Below the pieces are notes generated by a model. The model made no database searches, was not told the DNA's origin, and worked only from the letters and a program-made list of their open reading frames with translations. From NCBI GenBank assembly GCA_951406725.2, contig OX597814.1:116622001-116686000 (forward strand): 64,000 nt of DNA, written 5' to 3'. This DNA is from Octopus vulgaris. Taxonomy: Eukaryota. Made by a program: the position numbers and the translations under genes. Of this stretch, positions 51,862 to 64,000 are shown piece after piece (the first letter of the stretch is position 1; each line of letters starts with the position of its first letter).

Positions 51862-52161
51862 GTGGAAGCACATGGCCTAGTGGTTAGGGCAGCGAACTCG
51901 CGGTCGAGCTCTTGGGTTCGAATCTCAGACCGGGCGATGTGTGTATATATGAGCGAAACACCTAAGCTCCACCCGGCTGTAGCAGAAGGTAATGGCGAAC
52001 TTCTGCTGACTCATTCGCCACAAATTTCTCTCACACTTTCCACCTGTGTCATTCAGCTCAACTGCGACGGACTGGCGTCCCGTCCAGGTGGCGAACCTAT
52101 ACGCCAAGGAAACCGAGAAACCGGCCCTATGAGCCAGACATGGCTTGAGAAGGAACAAACA
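51862..52161 (+). mobile_element. SINE family C
   Basis: Near-identical to 19127-19431. Confidence 0.92.
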
Positions 52162-53924
52162 TAAAGAATATTAAAGTACTGACATCTCTGTTGGGAATTT
52201 GGATTGTGTTTTGTGTTCAAATGTGTTAAAACTATCTAAAATGTTATTGTTTCATGATTACGTAGATTAACTATGAAGATAAACATTTATGACTGACACT
52301 GAAATTAGTCGAGACAATATCCTCAACGAGCTGCATATTTATGTGTAGACATTACAGCGACAAAACATCTGATTATTTCGAAATGCATAAATTATCATTA
52401 TTTTCGTCATTGAATTTCCTGTGGCCGTCTCTAGAAGTGAGAGAATATCTTTTAAGTTATAAACATTAAAAAGCCTATGCCTCGGAACACAGACGAGATG
52501 GTGAAAACATTTTTTGTTATTAGTGAAACATGAAAACAAGCCGAGCTTTCCACAACTACAACTAACGCTTAGATGCTGTGCGGTGGAAGAAAAACATCTT
52601 ATCTATGGATTTTAATAAATCAATCCAAAAATAAAAATTACTCAAAAATGAAAACGCTTTCTTATATCGAAACAGATCCAACTATTTCTATGGTAAAGGA
52701 TCGCCAATTATTTCGTTCGCCAACACAATAGACGGATATTTTTTTTCCGACCTGGGAAAGATAAATTATTAAACAGAAGTTTGTCGGATTTGAACTGAAG
52801 TACTAAAGACATGTAAATTCAGTATGGCAGTTTATTCACAGCTTTACCGATTCTACCGTTTCGCAATGAACTTCAGACGAAACGTGAAATGTATTTTGCT
52901 GAACTGTATCACAATATCATATCGAACAGACCATGAATAATTAGCATTCGATTACCAACAGAAGAGTGATATATAAAGTGAACCGCTTTCAATTTGGTGA
53001 TACATTCACTGGGACTGCTTCGCACTACCCCTTTTTAAAAATATATCTGTGACATATTCAACCAGCATGTTAACGGTGAGTGGCCTCACATACAAATAAT
53101 ACAGAAAGGACAGACAACCAGCTTTTGTGTATGAAAAACCTCTACAAATAGAAACACTGCTGCAAGGTTGGCATGCTATTGTTGGAAAGTGTAGATTGGG
53201 ATTCGGGTTTGAAATGACTCCATACACCAAATATATATACTACTACCTGTAGCGGTCGTAATATCATGGTAGATAAAAGATGCAGACGATGGAATGAAAG
53301 GAAACACAGAGTACAGAATCCACCAGAAATAATGGAATGGCGAAAATATAGCGCAAATACCCGGAAAGCGCTGGAAAGTATATTCTATGCTCCTGAAATT
53401 AATACTTTATATCGAAACAAAAATACAAAAAGGAAAATTAATTAATTACAATAATTCCGCATTTACGGTGATAAATTATTGTTATAACAGAATCTGGCAT
53501 CGAAGTGAATTGAAAGACCACAAACTAAGACAAAGAAAATAAGTTCGGAACGAGGCCATGTCCATTACATCGACCCGGTACTTGATTGGTATTTTATTTT
53601 ATCGACCTCGAAAGTATGAATTGAGAAGTTGATGTCGGTGGGACTCAAACGGAGAACGTAAGAACCCACAAGAAAAGCATTTTGTCCGGTGTTGTAAAGT
53701 TTCTGGCAGTCATCCCTTTTGAAATGTGGTAAGAAATATATGTAGAAAGCACCGTTCCAAACATGATACACATTCAACTTTCAGAATAATTATCATTATA
53801 CCATGAGATAGGCTATGAATTTAAAACGGATATATCTGGAAAAATAAAAGATGAATATTAATAATACTTCGAAAAACGAACAAACAAGGTTTAGTTCATT
53901 TTGTTTAAGGAAATACGATAAATA

Positions 53925-54070
53925 GGCGTGGACATGGCTGTGTAGTTAAGAAACTCATTTAGCAGGCACATGATTTCGGGTTCAGTTTCTCTGTGCGACA
54001 GCTTGGGCAAGTACCTTCCACTATGCCTGCGAGTGAAGTCACTTAACAGAAACTGTGTGAGAAACTGTCG
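53925..54070 (+). mobile_element. SINE family B head, degraded
   Basis: ggcgtggacatggctgtgtagttaag..cgggttcagtt..cttgggcaagt. Confidence 0.65.
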
Positions 54071-54219
54071 TATGTGTGTATGCATGTATATATATATATG
54101 TATATATATATATGCATGTGTGTGTGTTTGTGTGTGTATGTGTATGTATGTGTGTGTGCGTGTGTGCGTGTGTGCGTGTGTGTGTGTATTAAAGAGTTAA
54201 TACAGCACTTCCGACATCC

Positions 54220-54790
54220 CCACTGTATTTGAGACTAAGAATTCTACCACTGTTGTGGCTGTTGTGGTATTTCAAATCGTGATGAGTGACGGAAGTGTCA
54301 TGGATCCATACTCCATTAAGTCTAACTTGACGATCAGTAGAAAGGCGTATCAGAAAATCCTGAAGAACTTTCTGTTACCTTGGATGGAGCAGAGGTTTGG
54401 GCTTGACAATGTGGTGCTTATCTAGAGTGCTGCACCATGCCATTGGTCAAAAGCATTACAGACCTTCCTTGGTTAGAAGGTGCCTTTTTTTGTGTGAGCC
54501 AACATCTGGCCCAGTACTAGCCAAGATCTCAAACTTCTCGGTTACATTTTATGGGTCGTACTTCAAGGCCTGAATCGTGCGTGCGACAGGCATAGTAAAA
54601 AAGGAAGAGCTTACAGCAGCTGCAAAAACTTTCGTTCTCGTGTGGAGGCAGTAATTGCCCAAAAGAGTGGTCATATTGAGTGATAAAGGTTTTTGTCCCA
54701 ATAAATATTACATATATTATACCTGTCTGCAGTCATTATTTTAGTATTTATAACCTGTTTTATGCATCGTAAACATTGTCTCAAAACCCT
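54220..54790 (+). mobile_element. Degraded maT-type transposase, C-terminal half
   Basis: YQKILKNFLLPWMEQRFG..SAAPCH..IWPSTSQDLKLLGYILW..CKNFRSRVEAVIAQKSGHIE*. Confidence 0.8.
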
Positions 54791-55454
54791 TTATATTGGG
54801 ATGAAGAAACTGTACAGTATAGCAAATGCACAAACGAATAAAAAAAAAAACGAACATAAAATGAATGCTCAAACGAACGGAAGAAACGTATACTGAGTGC
54901 ACAAACGGAGAGAAAACAGATGCAGGTGTTCCCTAATTCTTCACCAGTTATCAGCCAGATTGTATTACTCCGTCTCGCACCATTAATGATAAGATTGAGA
55001 TGCTTTAATGATAATACTTCCATACTTCCAGGCTGATGTTGCCCGCGAAATTTGCGGAGAATATTGGACCAAGACCAAAAATTACATGTATAACAGGCGC
55101 TAAAGAATTAGACATTCGAAAGGGAATAAATAGGATTCAAGGCAATGACGGTTGGACGAAATAAATAAATATCTTATCGACACTGAAAGGCAAAGTCGAC
55201 CCCGGCGGAATTTGAACTAAAAAATTAAGGACAGAAGAAAAGCCGCTCAGCGCGCTAACGATTTGGCCAGGTCACAAATCTTTGAAATATAGATGAAATA
55301 ATTCAAATACTGCTCAATGATCACTAGCAAAATGGTAAAATTATCCAAATATATATTAGTACCGAGAAATAGAGGTAACCATAATATGAGGATGGGAAAC
55401 ATAATATTATCTGGATAATGTTGACATTACTGTTTCTTATATGTATTCAACACA

Positions 55455-55843
55455 TTAAAATGTCACATAATTAACAAGCATTTAAATACGTTATAATGTC
55501 ACATAATTAACAGGATATTAAACGCGTGCTAAAATGTTACATAATTAACAGGAAATTAAACACGTGTTAGAATTTCACATAATTAACAGAAAATTAAACA
55601 CATGATAAAATTTCACATAATTAAAGGGAAACCAAACATGTTAAAATTTCACATAATTAGCCAAAAATTTAACACCGCAAAATTTCACATAATTAACAGA
55701 AAATTTAACACGTTAAAATTTCGCATAATTAACAGGAAATTAAACACGTTAAAATTTCACATTATTAACAAAAATTTTAACACGTGTTAAAATTTCACAC
55801 AATTAAGAGAAAATTAAGCACATGTTAAAATTTTACACATTAA
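55455..55843. repeat. Minisatellite, 36-38 bp unit, about 10.5 copies
   Basis: Consensus ttaaaatttcacataattaacaggaaattaaacacg(tg). Confidence 0.95.
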
Positions 55844-56334
55844 ATATATAATGTAAGTTGCTGGACATATACTACTGAATTGCTATTCCGTAGACGAAGA
55901 ATAAAATAAGACAAAACAATGTTCGCAACCATGGCACAATAAATTCCGTACGTTTAGATTTTTAATGGCTGAGATATAATGCATTCACTCGGTCCTAAGT
56001 ACTTACTAGAACAACGATCATATGGAAAGTTTACTTAACACTACTGAAATTTGAACTCTGAGTGTAAAGAGATGTAATTAAATGACACGAATTATTTATT
56101 CCATTTCCTATTGAATTTACCATTCGCAAAAAAAATAACTAAATTTTTGGCAATATGAGCTGAAATAAAAAGAAATAATCCCCCATTATAATTGGTAGGA
56201 TGAAGATAATAAAAGAAAATGCGGGGGAATATCGAGGCACCATGACTTACAAAGTAGTATCATACGGAAAATACCGCCAGTAGGCAACCGTTCGTATACA
56301 ATAGGATAGTCTAAACACTGAATCTTACTCATAA

Positions 56335-56395
56335 TACACAGAACTCAGTCGATTATGCGGTGAAAGCACGCAATGAAAATAAGACAATTGAAAAA
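56335..56395 (+). mobile_element. Isolated 3' UTR end of the Dong family of 1332-1860
   Basis: acacagaactcagtcgattatgcggtgaaagcacgcaatgaaaataagacaattg vs acacagagctgcgctcggtagtgaagtgaaagcacgctataaaaataaaattactg. Confidence 0.45.
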
Positions 56396-56449
56396 AATAT
56401 AATATAGCATGACCAAAAATAAAGAAAAAGAAGTGAACGCAACGAACAA

Positions 56450-56556
56450 AAGAAGAAGAAGAAGAAGAAGTAGAAGAAGAAGAAGAAGAACAAGAACAAC
56501 AACAACAACAACAACGACGACGACGACGACCACGACGACGACCACGACCACGACAA
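56450..56556. repeat. Compound (GAA)(CAA)(GAC/CAC) trinucleotide microsatellite
   Basis: Read directly. Confidence 0.95.
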
Positions 56557-59500
56557 CGGAGGATGAGTTCTATAAGAGACAGATCGAGAAGTTAAAATCA
56601 GATTAGAAATAAAGCCAGTAGCTGTCTATAATTGGATTTCTATTCCGTGTACATATATTGAAAGTTGGTTGCACGAACGTTTAAGAGTTTTGTTTTCGTT
56701 AGTATTAGTCTGTCGCGTATAGAACTTCCTAATATCATCTGGAAACGTCGCATCATAACAGGTTTTCAGTGAAATAATATACATCTACTGTCGTGTTGTA
56801 GTCAACATTCTGGAATTAGTTTTAATTTAGATGAGTTTAAAAAATAAACTAATTTCAGTTCTTACTTAAATAATTACATCCTTCTCAACTTACTTTTTTT
56901 ATAGTCTGTCACAGAAGCCGTTCATACCTTTACGGAATAGCGTTGTGAAAACGCCTCCTCCCGATGTCTGGCTTTTCCACCCGACAAAACATCAGATTAT
57001 TTTAACCAAATACACAGCAATTTTGTGAAGTGCTCAGGGTTTTATTAAATTTACTTTTGTTGTGACCCACGTGTGCTTTTTACGGATATTTCTGCAGACA
57101 CTAGACCGCTCATATTTTATGACAAACATTAAAGAAATCCAGATGTGTTTTCAGTTTCGTTTTTGTTCACGGAAAACGCTGTCATATTCGTATATTATCC
57201 TGTTAAAATCTTTTTAATTGTGCTTAAAATCTAATTATTTTTACCCACTTATACTTTCAACAAACAATCACGAAACATATGGGACAGTGCCGAGTAGGGT
57301 TTTCCACTTAATATTTTAGTTCATCGTGTAACATGACAATAGTGCCAAGAGAACTTTGTCCCCAAAATTAAGTACCAATGTGTTACAGGAATTACTAAAC
57401 AATTTTAATTATTTGTTATTGTTCATGTCGACTGTACGTGCAAAGTACTTAAAATAACATTATCAAAACCGATTCGTACATTAAAAGTACATTAGTATGT
57501 TAGCATTCGTTTTAAATATATTCTTGTGTTGTTTAGCTTCAAGTCAACATTCATTAAAGTGCCCTTTGATTACTGCTGTATTAAATGTGATTGTTTCATA
57601 TATTGTTTTGTCAGTGAGCATCAAGAAATTCATTATCCAAAAGTTTTTTCTTTGCTTACGAAGATGTTAGACTCCGCCGTAAGCATGTACATTAATTGAA
57701 TTTTATGAAATAATCTCTCCCTCTTTTAGTGTCGTTAAACATTGCCAGTAGATTTTTGTTTCTATTCTGCAAGTAAAATAGACATTCAACTTAATTATAA
57801 TTTTCTTTGCTCGCAGTCGTTTTTACTTCAACACTTAATTCACACAAACTCATACTAATCGTCTATTTAAGAAAGTTCATTTAACATATTTTACTCCTTC
57901 AGTCATACAAAATATGTAGGCACAGATTATATACGAGACAATTAATATATCAAATTTTTTTGCCTACGAATTCGACAAGATTACACTATGCTGACAAGAT
58001 ATGATTAAAATCTGTCTCAGGACCACAACGCGTGAGTTTGGAACCTAACCTAAAATATGTTTAAGCCAATGAAAATACAGTAATCAATTATCAGTCTGGT
58101 GTCAATCTTCGGAACAGTGTGAACCCCCAACTGCTGAGGATACTGCTTTCCAGCTTAATGGACTGGAGTTTTGTGAAACGAAGTCCCTAACTCAAGGATT
58201 CAAACCTCCTTGGTCTACGAAGGGGAAACACATCGTTACAATTGGTAGTGCAACACTTTAATCAACATCATACATCCTTGAATAGCATCGCATAATAAAC
58301 TTTAAAAATGTTCATATTTGTCCCTCGCCTTCCAGTCAATTTTCATTAAATTTACTCTCTTCTACTCAGAGATCATTTGATCTCAATGAACCACAATAAA
58401 CATTACATCATATATTATACCTTACGTTATATATTCAACTTAATCACATTTGAGTTATTTCCGGTATCTTGTTGGTTATTTATTGAATTTGCAATGGATT
58501 ACTGATCACCAATCATAGGATTGGATATGTGTTACATCATTTTGAGTATACCATATATTGTGTGATATATAATGTTGAATATGGAATATAATATTGAATA
58601 AATAAGAATCCCTTTAGCATGTAAATTCTGAAAATAGTATTCAGTGTATAGAAATTCTTCATATACCCAGAATACCTCATCACAGTCTTAATTAGCATAC
58701 ATGGAATATCTGTATTTCTCGAAGGAATACACGCGGCGTTTCTAAACTGTACTTAAACGAATCGCGCACCAGCCTTAGGAATCACAACCCATTATGACTG
58801 AAAAAATTCCCAGGTGTAAACACAGATTGTAATCATCGTTTTCCGATTTTGTTAAATCTTTTCCCTAATTTCGATTAACCTTAAGCTACCACTTGCTCAC
58901 ACTACCAACATATCTGACGCATGAACACCACACTTTCAACTAAATATTCCTTCTTAAAAATTAACTTTGCACATTCCTTTTACCGAGCATATCCATCCCA
59001 CTTACAGTCACCCGCTTCTCATAATTTGAATTCTTTCCCTATCTTCTCGTCGCTCCGCCTTAACCAAAAACACATAACACCGCTACCACCGCATTCTCTA
59101 CAAAACTTTAGTTCCCTCTCCTCCTTTCTGTCCACCTCCCTAGTTACTCTCTTTACTTTAATACACTACTACATTCTCAGTACTTTTCCTCCGCCGCCAA
59201 CCCACAGATTTGTGTATCTGTATTCTGGGTAAGTTTGCTCTGTTAATGTATCAGGTCATCCCATACGTTTTGTCCATCCATTTTAAAGTTCAATGAAATG
59301 TAATAGTATTTTAGAATTCTAATGGAATTAAAAATTATTTTTATGCATTTGTGTACATTTAAACTAATGTCTGCCTGTATTTGATTATTCATCATCCGAA
59401 AAATTCCAGTCTCTTTTACATGTACACACTTGTATACACAATGCATAAACACGTGAAGTATAAAAGAATATATATCTAATACAGGTACAAGGTCAGAAAT

Positions 59501-59888
59501 ACATAGGAAGAACGTAGTTGATTATATCATCTCCAATATTTGATAAGTGCATTATTGTATTGACTCCGGTAAGATGAACTTTGGTGGTATTTAAATTTCA
59601 ACTCAGAAGCAGAAAACTGATACAAATAGGTCTACTAAATTTTCACCCTGTTGTTGTATATATAAAACACTATCGAATATATAATGTAGCCTTTATTACG
59701 ATATAATATGTAATATGTAATATAGTGAGGAATATATAATATATTTGTTGATATAAAAAGCATATTCTTATAGAGACAGTACGTAACTGATTTTGAAATG
59801 CATCGTATAATGCAGTATGAATACGTTATGTATTATTGATTACCTACCAGATCGAAGACTACGTAATGATAAACACACGCTCACTCAC

Positions 59889-60480
<592 letters not shown>

Positions 60481-62329
60481 TGTATGTTTGTATGACTGTA
60501 TGTATATCGTTTAATAAGTGATATATTGCTGAAACGTAAATTGTATTCTACTTAACGATCTAATCACTTTCATCGTGACCAAATTCAAAGTCAATACCTT
60601 GTGACAAGTTCGTGGCGTAGAGTCAATAATAAATTGTTGAAAACGTCTGGTTGAATCAATAGTGCTTTAACCACACCAGTAATGCAGTTGTAGATAATTA
60701 AACAACATATAATCTTCGACTAACCACTCCCCTCGTTTCTGTATATCCCATTGATATTAAACAGTTTGTGCGTTAATAGCCGCTACATTATAGAGCAACA
60801 ATTTGTTTCTCTCAAGTCGAAAAGCACAAAGCTTGGAAATAATTTATTGCTTTTGGGCTTCAGTGGAGAAAAGTTCTTGATGTTAAAATTGAAAAACAAT
60901 TCTAATTTCACCTCCAGAAATATGCATATAACGTAATTCCGCAACTTTTATTCGGAAGTAAAGTTGTTGCAGACAGATTCAACATACTTCAATCTCTTTA
61001 TCCAATTTTCTTCTCCCGTCTTTGAATTTGGACTTTTATTCTGAACAGAATTGAAGAAAATGGAATTTATACAGCAGTTATCACTTGCAGAATTCGATCA
61101 GTAACTATCCTCACCATTCCTGTTCTTTTGTATACTTCAGCACTTATCTAATTACGTCTCAGCTTTTCTATGAAACTTTCCTGTCTGTTCAGAAATCTAT
61201 TAATTATCGCTTTTCTCTCTTCAACTGATAACATCCTCCTCAATATATGTTTATATCTATTATTTTTATTCACACAAGACCCACTACGTCATTTGTCATT
61301 TCACCCGTCTGGCGTCAATTTAGTCAATAATTACTTGTTTCGTGTTTTGTCTTTTAAGAGGCAGACTAACAATTTTTATTTTATTGTTTTGTTTCTTACA
61401 AGTTATCTGCCTTAGTCTGTCTAGTTTCTCCCGATTTTACAGCATTCTTTTCAGACATAGATTCCGTCACTACTTAACTTAATAGTAATAATGGGACAAA
61501 CAGTTTTAGTACATTAAATTGCTACTTGTATCTAGTAAGAAAGAGATATCGACATTTCAGTTTGCTAGAATTGATGCAGACCCTTTTCGTGAACAACATG
61601 TCTCTACACTGTATTACTCAGGTATATATAATCTGGGGACTCGGCTCAGAATACGCACATCGTTTCCACGACTGAGGCCCTTAAATCATATTTGTTTGAA
61701 CTAAGTCCTTAAAACTGTAGTCTTATGAGCTCAAAAAGGAATGTAGTTTTACTCTGAAATGTATATATTCAAAACTTAAGTATACCAAAATTCGTCTATC
61801 ATCCATTGATCTCCCTGGTAGAAGTTTAGGCAAAAAACCATTTTTCAAAATTATAATGATATTTGAAATTAGCAGTATCAAGTAAAAAGAAATGCAAATC
61901 GGATCAGTGTAACGTAGTCACCCTTGTCTATGTTGCTCCCAAACTGGGTTCAGATATCAATTCAGCCAACATATTCAGCTGATTTGAGATCGGGTATAAT
62001 TCAATGATTTTAGACAAGCTCAGTTTTTGATTACACTTTTAAAATAAGAAGGTAACAAAATGGGATATAATTCATTCCGTTTCTTGCGTGAAATACTTAT
62101 TTTCTCGACTTTAATTCCGGAAAAGAATGAAATAAACTTTTAGTGAACTGAACAGATATTCCAAAAGGAAATCGAGTTTATATAAATTTTTAGCTAAAAC
62201 ATACCAACATTCGGCCTCTTTCTGAAATGTATATCAGAATATGATGAATATGTGGAGTATTTGTACCATCTATCTATCTATCTATCTATTATATACATAA
62301 ATAAATAAATGTATATACATGCATACGTG

Positions 62330-62360
<31 letters not shown>

Positions 62361-62361
62361 T

Positions 62362-62478
<117 letters not shown>

Positions 62479-63927
62479 GAAGTCTAACTGTTCCCTCTAG
62501 AACAGAGTCTATTACAATTGAATGTAAGATTTTACTTTCCTTTATTAGTGAAAGATAATCTAAGATGTGGGACATTGTAGGCGTGAGTGATAACGTTTAA
62601 ATTCGTGTCTACATTAACCTAGCGTTCACCACTATCCATAAAAAACAATCGAAGGTCTTAATAGCAAGCGTAATTAAAAAAAATTCTGGATTTTATCCTC
62701 TTGTAGTATCTTAGTATATTTTGGCAACAGGATCAAATTTCTTTTCTCTTTCCACGAGCATGATTATCCATCTTTGATATCTACTTACAGCTAAACAAAT
62801 GAAGCCTGCAATATTTTAATCTTATCTTCTTGTGTAAATTCTATTGTGTATATTGGTGTAGATACGAACACACATTTACCATTGTTTCAGAAGCCCAAAA
62901 TTTCACCAAGAGAAACATCAAAACGATGAATTCTAAAAACTTTTGAAACAAACTATGTCTAAATGACAACTCTTTATTAACAGTATTTTTTAGTAAACAA
63001 TAACGGTTTGTTCTCCATTAAAAACATTCTTTCAGATCTATTTCCCCGCAAGATTGGTTGGTTAATTAGAATGATGCCAAATATAATGATAGCTCTTGAA
63101 ATATAAATTTACTAAAATCTTTTATTGCTGTTTGAAATCCATTGAATTTGGTAGCTGATAACGAAAGACAATGTGAATAATAGGCACACACGTAAGCACG
63201 AACACAGATATACATGGTTATAAAAATGTCGTACATAACGCAATAGAGAACAATCACTTATGCACACTTTTATTCAGATAAATCAACGTTCATCTATAGA
63301 ATTTAATTTGTAACGACAAGACTATTTTTTGTACGAAACAGAAAGACTTGAGCGAATGAATCAAATTGTATCACATTAAATTACATTTATTGAATCGCAA
63401 CTCTATGAAAGTGTTGCACACACTGAAGCTATACTTAACAGAAGAGAATGCGATGGAAAATTTACGAAAAACATTATTCAGAAACGAAGCAAAATATTTC
63501 ATTTCAACAAAATATATTACTATCTCTTTGACAATGCTATAAGCTTATAATAGCTGCATTCTAGTTGACAATATATGGGTAGCATTTTATTTGAGGAGGA
63601 GTTGCGAGATGGTGTGAATTGTACTCATAATCGTGAGAAGAGCAACAATCGCATAAAAAATTATAATCGAATTAATTAAAATAAGATTCACTCGCACTTA
63701 CAGACACGGTTCTTCCAAAGTAAACTAATTGTAAATATTAAAAAATTAGAAAATAAACAATTAGTATTATTTCCGAAAATGGAAAAAGCTCAATATTTTA
63801 ATTCCCTCAGACCTAAATTTATATGTAACAATATATTTATGAGAGTCACTTAGCTTGTTCAACGATAACAAAGATTTTGACGTAAAAAATATATACATTC
63901 ATATATACAAACACATAAATACATACA

Positions 63928-63975
<48 letters not shown>

Positions 63976-64000
63976 TACACATGCAGGCATACACTCTCTC

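Noticed and set aside
55455-55843. CRISPR-like periodicity of about 36 bp
   Set aside because: Contiguous tandem units without unique spacers, eukaryotic context, no cas genes
60950-61250. Possible RTE relic on minus (ISAEVYKRTGM)
   Set aside because: One short motif amid stops; insufficient

Overview
AT-rich, microsatellite-dense eukaryotic non-coding DNA. The SINE families and the (AAT)n/(TA)n/(TATG)n landscape look like a coleoid cephalopod, most likely Octopus; this is recognition, not a database result. I find no supportable intact host gene. Most ORF-track entries are microsatellite read-throughs or pieces of dead transposons. The window holds: (i) a 7.8-kb (AAT)n hub with several co-oriented R4/Dong-type RLE retrotransposon fragments, a CR1 nested in one of them, and Tx1/L1 remnants; (ii) three tRNA-derived SINE families, one forming 2-4-unit concatemers with recurrent junctions; (iii) an internally deleted Gypsy element with both LTRs; (iv) two Penelope-like elements plus pLTR fragments carrying minimal type I hammerhead ribozyme motifs; (v) a HERO-type RLE element, mariner and maT (DD37D) relics, MITEs, a non-autonomous Helitron and a 36-38 bp minisatellite. 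The leads most worth checking are a perfect 281-bp hairpin whose loop starts a hammerhead core (36513-36793), and a Penelope-like ORF with a relocated linker and two in-frame TGA codons at apparent Cys positions (26110-27830). I do not see convincing evidence of a wholly new multi-gene system. Coordinates of degraded elements are approximate.
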